In this document: piece after piece, positions 57,423 through 64,000 of the stretch
Numbering within the stretch: the first letter of the stretch is position 1
Layout: each line of letters opens with the position of its first letter
Assembly (NCBI GenBank): GCA_964536745.1
Contig: CAZHYL010000004.1
Location: 16,545 to 80,544 of the forward strand
Direction of reading: 5' to 3'
Length of the DNA stretch: 64,000 nt
Origin: an uncultured Candidatus Saccharibacteria bacterium
GTDB taxonomy: Bacteria > Patescibacteriota > Doudnabacteria > UBA920
Translations under genes and position numbers: made by a program
The notes under the pieces: generated by a model
Told to the model about the DNA's origin: nothing
Seen by the model: only the letters and a program-made list of their open reading frames with translations
Databases searched by the model: none

Positions 57423-57450
57423 TTGACAAGTTCTTATTGACAGTTATAAT
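57423..57450 (+). promoter_or_regulatory. Promoter TTGACA, 16 nt spacer, TATAAT, roughly 295 nt upstream of rpoB
   Basis: Read from sequence. Confidence 0.45.
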
Positions 57451-57745
57451 ACAAATGTGAACAAAATCATAAGAAATTAAGGCACTTTGCGAAGCCCTTT
57501 TTTGCGTACTGCAGGAATGGGAGTCTTTTTTTTCTCATAATACCTTTTACTAGACTTTTGGCGGCTATACCTTTTATATAATTTCACGTTTCAAAAACAA
57601 AAACTTTTTGATATATAAGCCGTAATTAGTCTTTTTTGTTTGGCTAATTACTATATATTCGACAACCAAATATCATTAAATAGCCTACTAATTGGACTTG
57701 CCCCCAGTCTAATTTATAGTAGGCAGGGAAGATTTGTATCTAATT

Positions 57746-60700
57746 ATGCCGACTGCACATAAGCCAAAAGCCATCGGTAGCGTTGTTGTCCCTAATCAAG
57801 CTTCTAAAGAACGCAAGTTTTTTAGCAAGCGACACGACGCTGTCAAAATGCCAAACCTCATTGAGGTCCAGCTAAATTCTTATAAGTGGTTCTTTGAACA
57901 CGGACTTAAAGATCTGCTTGCGGAAATCAATCCTATCCATGATTTTACTAGTAAGAATTTAGAACTCTACTTCGGAGATTATTTCTTCGACAAACCGAAG
58001 TACGATGAAATTACAGCAAGAGAACGAAATACAACTTTCGAAGCGCCATTATATGTGAGCGCAAAACTAGTTAACAAAGTAACTGGTAAAACTAAAACCC
58101 AAGATGTTTATTTTGGTGACTTCCCATTATTAACACCACGCGGAACTTTTGTTATCAATGGTGTGGAGCGTGTCGTAGTAAGTCAGTTGATTAAGTCACC
58201 TGGCGTTTTCTTCACGTCCGAATTTTCCCGAGGGAAAATGTTGTACGGTGCGAAGATAGTTCCTAATCGTGGTGCATGGCTTGAGCTAGACACAGACAAC
58301 GCAGGTGTTATTGGTGTGAAGATTGATCGTAAGCGCCGTATTCCTGTAACAGCGTTGCTTCGTATCTTTGGCTTAAAGACTAACGAACAACTTATCGAAG
58401 CTTTTAAAGATGTAGATACAAATCCTGAAATGAAGTACATCCAAACTACTTTGGATAAAGATGCTTCTAGTAATGCAGATGAAGGTTATAAAGAAGTTTA
58501 CAAACGTATTCGTCCAGGGGATTTAGCGACTGTAGATAACGCACGCTCATTGATTGATGCGATGTTCTTTAACTTTGATCGATACGATCTTTCCGAAGTA
58601 GGACGATACAAGTTTAATCAAAGATTAGATTTCCCAGATAACCATGATAGTCGCATCCTTTCTTTAGAAGACATGGTTGCTGTGGTTAAAGAAATTATTC
58701 GGTTGAACAATACAGGAGATCCAGCAGATGATATCGATCACTTGGCAAATCGACGTATCCGCGCAGTTGGTGAGTTAATCCAAACTCGTTATCGAGTTGG
58801 ACTTGCTCGTATGGCTCGTATCTGTAAAGACCGTATGTCTCTTGCAGATTTAGAAACAGTTACTCCGGCACAGTTAATCCATGTAAGACCGATCGTGGCA
58901 GCGACTCAAGAATTCTTCTCTTCATCTCAGTTGTCACAATTCATGGACCAAACTAATCCACTTGCTGAACTAGAACACAAGCGTCGTTTGTCTGCGATGG
59001 GTCCAGGTGGGCTATCCCGTGAACGCGCAGGTTTCGAAGTACGTGACGTACACCGTTCTCACTATGGCAGACTTTGTCCAATTACTACTCCAGAAGGTCC
59101 AAACATTGGTCTTGTTGCTCACTTAGCAACATATGCAAGATTGAATGATTTTGGATTTATTGAAACTCCTTACCAAATTGTAAAGAAGTTTGCCAAGAAT
59201 GATGGGAAAGACGCTGTTGGCGAAATTGCACTTTATGATGTAAAGGATGCAAGTGGTAATGTGGTTGTTTCTGCTGGCTCTAAGATGACAGAATCAGATG
59301 CAAAGAAACTTTCTCAAATCCAAGATTTAGATCAGATTCGTGTTAAAGGGCGATTGACCAAAGATGTTGATTTCATGGATGCATACGAAGAAGAAAAGTT
59401 AACTATTGGTCCTGCTAACTTAGATATAAATGACGATGGTTATTTCACTGAAGAACGTGCTTCGGTTCGTGTTCGTGGTGTCCCAACAATTAGCGATACT
59501 GATGAAATCGATTGTATTGATATTTCTCCAAAGCAAATTATTTCTGTTACAACTTCTTTGATTCCTTTCTTGGAACACGATGATGCAAACCGTGCTTTGA
59601 TGGGATCGAACATGCAACGACAAGCTGTATCTTGTATTGTTCCAAGATCTCCGATTGTTGGTACCGGTATGGAAGCTAAAGCTGCGCGCGATAGTGGACA
59701 GGTAATCTTGGCTGAAGAACCTGGAACCGTTCAGTCTGCGAGCGGAGACAAGATTGTTGTTAAAGGTGACTCAGGAAAAACTTATGAATACCCATTGCTA
59801 AAATTTGTTCGCACTAACAGTGGTACATCTTTGAATCAAATTGTTAGAGCAGATAAAGGACAAAAAGTTAAAGCTGGAGATATTTTAGCTGATGGTACTT
59901 CTACTCAACATGGTGAATTAGCATTAGGTCAAAATGTTCTTGTGGCATTTATGTCTTGGGAAGGTGGTAATTATGAAGATGCTATCTTATTATCTTCTCG
60001 TCTAGTACAAGATGACTATTATACTTCAGTTCATATTGAAGATTTCAAGATTGATGTTCGTGACACCAAACTTGGACCAGAAGTTGTAACCCGTGATATT
60101 CCAAATGTTGGAGACGAAAAATTAAAGAACCTTGATGAAGAAGGTGTGGTTCGTGTTGGTGCGCAGGTTAAGGCTGGTGATATCTTAGTTGGAAAAATTA
60201 CACCAAAGGGTGAGACTGATTTAACTGCAGAAGAAAAGTTGCTTCGTGTTATCTTCGGTGAAAAGAGCCGTGATGTAAAAGATACTTCTCTTACTCTTCC
60301 TCATGGTGAATATGGAAAAGTTGTTAATATCCGCGAATTCTCTCGTGATAATGGCGACAAGTTACAGAGCGGTGTAATTCGTTCTATTCAAGTTTCAATT
60401 GCCGTACTAAGAAAGATTCAAGTTGGTGATAAGATGGCAGGACGTCATGGAAACAAAGGTGTTATCTCTCGTATCATCCCTGTTGAAGATATGCCATTTA
60501 TGGCTGATGGGACTGCGGTAGATATTATCTTAAACCCACTTGGTATTGTGTCTCGTATGAACTTGGGTCAGGTACTAGAGACTCATCTTGGTTTTGCTGC
60601 TCATAAATTAGGTTATAAAGTTGCTACTCCAGTTTTGGATGGTTTGACCGAAGATCAGATTAAAGATGAGTTGGAAAAAGCTGGTGTTCCAAGAAGTGGA

Positions 60701-61246
60701 AAAGTAACTTTGTATGATGGAAAAACTGGTGAACCATTCGATGAGCCTGTTACTGTTGGTATGAAGTATATGCTTAAGCTTCATCATTTAGTTGATGATA
60801 AAATGCACGCTCGTTCTACTGGACCATACTCACTTATTACTCAACAGCCTCTTGGTGGTAAAGCTCAAATGGGTGGTCAGCGTTTCGGAGAAATGGAAGT
60901 ATGGGCGTTAGAAGGTTATGGAGCCGCCCACACTTTGCAGGAAATGCTTACTATAAAATCGGATGACGTTGTTGGTAGAAGTAAAACTTATGAATCGATT
61001 GTAAAAGGTGAACCGATTAAGAAACCGAATGTTCCAGAAAGTTTCCGAGTATTAGTGAAAGAATTACAAAGTTTAGGTCTAGATGTAGAACTACTTGGCG
61101 ATAATGGTGCTGTCATGAGTGCCACCGCTGAAATCGAAGATCCTGTGCAAACTGAAGGCGAGGCAATGGTCGAAGCTGCCGCTCAAACTGGTCCATCTCT
61201 ATTCGATGAACCAACCAAAGCTTCTAAGAAGAAGAAGAAAGAATAA
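57746..61246 (+). CDS. rpoB: DNA-directed RNA polymerase beta subunit
   Basis: Conserved beta-subunit regions throughout (e.g. ...GPGGLSRERAGFEVRDVH.SHYGRLCPI.TPEGPNIGL...). I placed the start at ATG 57746; the ORF track uses TTG 57734. Confidence 0.95.
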   Translation: MPTAHKPKAIGSVVVPNQASKERKFFSKRHDAVKMPNLIEVQLNSYKWFFEHGLKDLLAEINPIHDFTSKNLELYFGDYFFDKPKYDEITARERNTTFEAPLYVSAKLVNKVTGKTKTQDVYFGDFPLLTPRGTFVINGVERVVVSQLIKSPGVFFTSEFSRGKMLYGAKIVPNRGAWLELDTDNAGVIGVKIDRKRRIPVTALLRIFGLKTNEQLIEAFKDVDTNPEMKYIQTTLDKDASSNADEGYKEVYKRIRPGDLATVDNARSLIDAMFFNFDRYDLSEVGRYKFNQRLDFPDNHDSRILSLEDMVAVVKEIIRLNNTGDPADDIDHLANRRIRAVGELIQTRYRVGLARMARICKDRMSLADLETVTPAQLIHVRPIVAATQEFFSSSQLSQFMDQTNPLAELEHKRRLSAMGPGGLSRERAGFEVRDVHRSHYGRLCPITTPEGPNIGLVAHLATYARLNDFGFIETPYQIVKKFAKNDGKDAVGEIALYDVKDASGNVVVSAGSKMTESDAKKLSQIQDLDQIRVKGRLTKDVDFMDAYEEEKLTIGPANLDINDDGYFTEERASVRVRGVPTISDTDEIDCIDISPKQIISVTTSLIPFLEHDDANRALMGSNMQRQAVSCIVPRSPIVGTGMEAKAARDSGQVILAEEPGTVQSASGDKIVVKGDSGKTYEYPLLKFVRTNSGTSLNQIVRADKGQKVKAGDILADGTSTQHGELALGQNVLVAFMSWEGGNYEDAILLSSRLVQDDYYTSVHIEDFKIDVRDTKLGPEVVTRDIPNVGDEKLKNLDEEGVVRVGAQVKAGDILVGKITPKGETDLTAEEKLLRVIFGEKSRDVKDTSLTLPHGEYGKVVNIREFSRDNGDKLQSGVIRSIQVSIAVLRKIQVGDKMAGRHGNKGVISRIIPVEDMPFMADGTAVDIILNPLGIVSRMNLGQVLETHLGFAAHKLGYKVATPVLDGLTEDQIKDELEKAGVPRSGKVTLYDGKTGEPFDEPVTVGMKYMLKLHHLVDDKMHARSTGPYSLITQQPLGGKAQMGGQRFGEMEVWALEGYGAAHTLQEMLTIKSDDVVGRSKTYESIVKGEPIKKPNVPESFRVLVKELQSLGLDVELLGDNGAVMSATAEIEDPVQTEGEAMVEAAAQTGPSLFDEPTKASKKKKKE

Positions 61247-61291
61247 CAATTTTTGTTCGGGAGTAATCCCAAACAAGAGGATTCTAAAAAT

Positions 61292-64000
61292 ATGTTTACA
61301 CAAACCGAAGAATTTAAAGGCGTAAAAATTAAACTGGCTAGTCCAGAAACGATTTTGCAATGGTCTCACGGAGAAGTAACTAAACCAGAAACCATTAACT
61401 ATCGAACCCAGCGTCCAGAAAAAGAAGGTCTTTTCGATGAAAAGATTTTTGGACCAATCCGTGATTGGGAGTGTTATTGTGGAAAATACAAGCGTATTCG
61501 ATACAAGAATATTGTCTGTGATAAATGTGGTGTAGAAGTCACAAAGTCTAGCGTTCGTCGCGAACGCATGGGTCATATTACTTTAGCTGTACCAGTTGCT
61601 CATATTTGGTTCTTACGCAGCGTACCAAGCCGTCTTGGATTGGTATTAGACTTAGGAGTTCAGGAGTTAGAGCGCTTGGTTTACTTTGCTGCTTATATTA
61701 TTACTGGAGTAGATGAAGAAGCTCGGGCGAACACATTAGAGCAAATCGAAGCAGAATTTAAGAGCAAGAAAAAAGAGATCGAGTCTCGTTACGAAGGCTT
61801 ATTGGCAAGATCTAAAACCCAAATTGGCCAAGAAGTTACAACCGATGCAGATGTTAAAGAAGCAAAGATTGATGCTGAAGTTACTGCTATCAAAGACATG
61901 TGGGCGAAAGAAATGCAGAACTTGGAATCTATCCGCGACCAAGCTCGCAGCGAATTAAAGTCGATTCGCAAAATGCAAATTATTTCTGAACTTGCATACA
62001 GAGATTTATCTTTGAAGTACGGACAAGTTTTCACTGCAGGTATTGGAGCAGAAGCTCTTCAAAACTTATTAGAAGAAGTTAACTTAGAAGAGTTAGCTCA
62101 CGAATTAGAAATTACTTTAAAAGAAGCTGAAGGCCAGACCGCTAAAAAGTTAACCCGACGTTTGAAGCTAATTAAATCTTTAGTAAGAAGTGGTGTCCGC
62201 CCGGAATGGATGTTAATTAAACATCTACCAGTTATCCCTCCTGATTTGCGACCAATGGTGCAATTAGATGGTGGCCGTTTCGCGACTTCCGATTTAAACG
62301 ATTTGTATCGTCGTGTTATCAACCGTAACAATCGTTTGAAGAAATTATTAGAAATTAAATCACCAGAAGTTATCACTCGTAACGAAAAGCGTATGCTTCA
62401 AGAAGCTGTCGATGCGTTAATCGACAACTCTGTTCGTCATGGTAAAGAAGTGACTGCATCTACTGGGCAAAAGCGAAAGCTTCGTTCATTAGCAGACATG
62501 CTTAAAGGTAAGCAGGGTCGTTTCCGTCAGAACTTACTTGGTAAGCGTGTAGATTATTCTGGTCGCTCAGTAATTGTAGTTGGACCTAATTTAAAACTTC
62601 ATCAATGTGGTTTACCTAAACAAATGGCTTTGGAATTGTTTAAGCCGTTTGTAATTTCAAAATTGATTTCTCGTGAGTATGCTCACAACGTTCGTAGTGC
62701 CAATAGGCTTATCGAACAAGGACGCACCGAAGTTTGGGATATTCTTGAAGAAGTAAGTAAGGATCACTATGTGTTACTAAACCGTGCTCCGACCTTGCAC
62801 AGACTAGGTTTCCAAGCATTCCAACCTGTGTTAATTGAAGGTAAAGCTATTCAGCTTCACCCAATGGTTTGTGCTGCGTTTAATGCAGACTTCGACGGTG
62901 ACCAGATGGCTGTTCATGTTCCTTTAACAGAAGCTGCTCAAGCAGAAGCTCGCGAAATTATGGTTTCTAGCCATAACTTGCTTAAGCCTGCTAGTGGTGA
63001 TGCTGTGATGACTCCTGCTCAAGATGTAGTGGTGGGTTGTTTCTATATTACTTCGATCCGCGAGGGACTAAAGGGTGAAGGTAAAGTTTTCACAGATAAA
63101 CAAGAAGCAATTCTTGCTTACAACAATAGACATATTCATATTCAAGCCAAAATAAAAGTCCGTTTAGAAAATGGTGAAATTGTAGAAACTTCTGCTGGTC
63201 GATTAATCTTTAACAAGATTCTTCCAGAAGAGTTTGGATTCCGCAATGATGCCTTCGATAAGAAACATTTACAATCGTTAGTTCGCGAAGCCTACAGAAT
63301 GTTTGGTTTAGATAAAACCGCAGAATTAATCGATGAGATTAAGCGTATTGGTTTTACGTACATGAAACAATCTGGAATTTCTTGGGGTATGGATGATCTT
63401 CGTGTTCCAGATACAAAGTACAAATTGTTAGAAGAAGCCGACAAAGAAGTTCAGTCTACACAAGAACAATTCCTTGAAGGTTTATTAACTGAAGATGAGC
63501 GCTATGGACGCGTTGTGGAAATTTGGGGTGATGCATCTGCAAAAATTGCAAAGGACGTAGTTGGAACTGTTGAGCCTCATTCAAGTGTAAATTATTTCGT
63601 ATCAAGTGGTGCTCGTGGTTCATTCTCTCAGATTACTCAGATGTCTGGTCTAAAAGGTTTAGTGGTAAACCCTGGTGGTCGTACTATCGAGCTTCCTGTT
63701 CGTGGTTCATTCAAAGAAGGTATCGATGTATTGGAATATTTCATTTCAACTCACGGTTCTCGTAAAGGTATGAGTGACACCGCTCTTCGTACAGCAGATG
63801 CAGGTTACTTAACTCGTCGCTTAGTAGACGTTGCTCAAGACGTGGTGATTAATGCTGAAGATTGTGGGACAAAAGAATATGATATTATCGATCGCGCTGA
63901 AAGCGAAGCTATGAATCAGACTTTTGCTCGTAGGTTATTCGGACGCGTAACTATGGAAGATGTAAAAGACGAAAACGGTGAAATTATAGTGAAGAAAAAC
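61292..64000 (+). CDS. rpoC: DNA-directed RNA polymerase beta' subunit, 5' portion only (continues past the window end)
   Basis: Hand translation gives MFTQTEEFKGVKIKLASPETILQWSHGEVTKPETINYRT.., a zinc finger CGKYKRIRYKNIVCDKCGVEV, and NADFDGDQMAVHVP. AAGAGG RBS. No stop in the window, so it is missing from the ORF track. Confidence 0.9.
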   Translation, partial: MFTQTEEFKGVKIKLASPETILQWSHGEVTKPETINYRTQRPEKEGLFDEKIFGPIRDWECYCGKYKRIRYKNIVCDKCGVEVTKSSVRRERMGHITLAVPVAHIWFLRSVPSRLGLVLDLGVQELERLVYFAAYIITGVDEEARANTLEQIEAEFKSKKKEIESRYEGLLARSKTQIGQEVTTDADVKEAKIDAEVTAIKDMWAKEMQNLESIRDQARSELKSIRKMQIISELAYRDLSLKYGQVFTAGIGAEALQNLLEEVNLEELAHELEITLKEAEGQTAKKLTRRLKLIKSLVRSGVRPEWMLIKHLPVIPPDLRPMVQLDGGRFATSDLNDLYRRVINRNNRLKKLLEIKSPEVITRNEKRMLQEAVDALIDNSVRHGKEVTASTGQKRKLRSLADMLKGKQGRFRQNLLGKRVDYSGRSVIVVGPNLKLHQCGLPKQMALELFKPFVISKLISREYAHNVRSANRLIEQGRTEVWDILEEVSKDHYVLLNRAPTLHRLGFQAFQPVLIEGKAIQLHPMVCAAFNADFDGDQMAVHVPLTEAAQAEAREIMVSSHNLLKPASGDAVMTPAQDVVVGCFYITSIREGLKGEGKVFTDKQEAILAYNNRHIHIQAKIKVRLENGEIVETSAGRLIFNKILPEEFGFRNDAFDKKHLQSLVREAYRMFGLDKTAELIDEIKRIGFTYMKQSGISWGMDDLRVPDTKYKLLEEADKEVQSTQEQFLEGLLTEDERYGRVVEIWGDASAKIAKDVVGTVEPHSSVNYFVSSGARGSFSQITQMSGLKGLVVNPGGRTIELPVRGSFKEGIDVLEYFISTHGSRKGMSDTALRTADAGYLTRRLVDVAQDVVINAEDCGTKEYDIIDRAESEAMNQTFARRLFGRVTMEDVKDENGEIIVKKN

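Noticed and set aside
57470-57560. Putative attenuator hairpin in the long rpoB leader
   Set aside because: Only weak or imperfect inverted repeats such as GGCACTTTGCGAAGCCC are visible. This is not convincing without a fold or covariation.
57734-64000. Short antisense ORFs inside rpoB, rpoC, gyrA, polA, uvrB, infB, PBP1A and others (e.g. 58183..58440, 59420..59623, 13861..14043, 41243..41437)
   Set aside because: They lie within strongly supported conserved genes on the opposite strand or in another frame, with no RBS or domain content.

Overview
This is a chromosomal window of about 64 kb from a low-GC bacterium. By eye the GC content is in the high 30s percent; I did not compute it. The genes are short and tightly packed, and almost all are housekeeping genes. 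The window spans the classical replication-origin neighbourhood: rpmH-rnpA-yidD-yidC-jag on the minus strand, facing dnaA-dnaN-recF on the plus strand, with DnaA-box-like 9-mers in both flanking intergenic regions.

Other recognisable loci:
- infB, then two stand-alone receiver genes, then rbfA-nrnA.
- A four-tRNA cluster (Leu-Phe-Val-Gly) and a two-tRNA cluster (Cys, Leu-UAA). GC-rich structured intergenic RNA candidates lie between and after the Cys/Leu tRNAs.
- rpsA, gyrA, and an HD-domain dNTPase-like gene.
- A tRNA whose anticodon reads TAT (Ile-UAU).
- rsmI-yebC-ruvC, tyrS, and a class A PBP.
- manC-like, ruvB, VanW, tsaE, and a GspE/PilB-type ATPase.
- polA-NUDIX, rpsT, uvrB, an ABC transporter, tsaB-murE-like-femAB-ruvA, and a large repeat-rich surface protein.
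- rpoB and the 5' part of rpoC, which runs off the window end.

Several features point to a monoderm, reduced-genome lineage such as Patescibacteria/CPR-like organisms. These are a short YidC, a truncated TsaB, FemAB plus VanW, and many bidirectional hairpin terminators. That assignment is inference only.

I recognise no transposases, integrases, CRISPR arrays, rRNA genes or defence-system components. The most unusual items are listed below.
- Two or three small GC-rich patches each carry a single secreted-protein gene. One is an outer-membrane beta-barrel-like protein ending in a terminal Phe.
- An unassigned structured RNA of about 165 nt has its own terminator.
- A two-gene locus of unknown function sits beside the surface-protein gene.
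- The receiver cassette is bounded by duplicated terminators.
- Several promoters place the -10 element 6-7 nt before the ATG, suggesting leaderless mRNAs.
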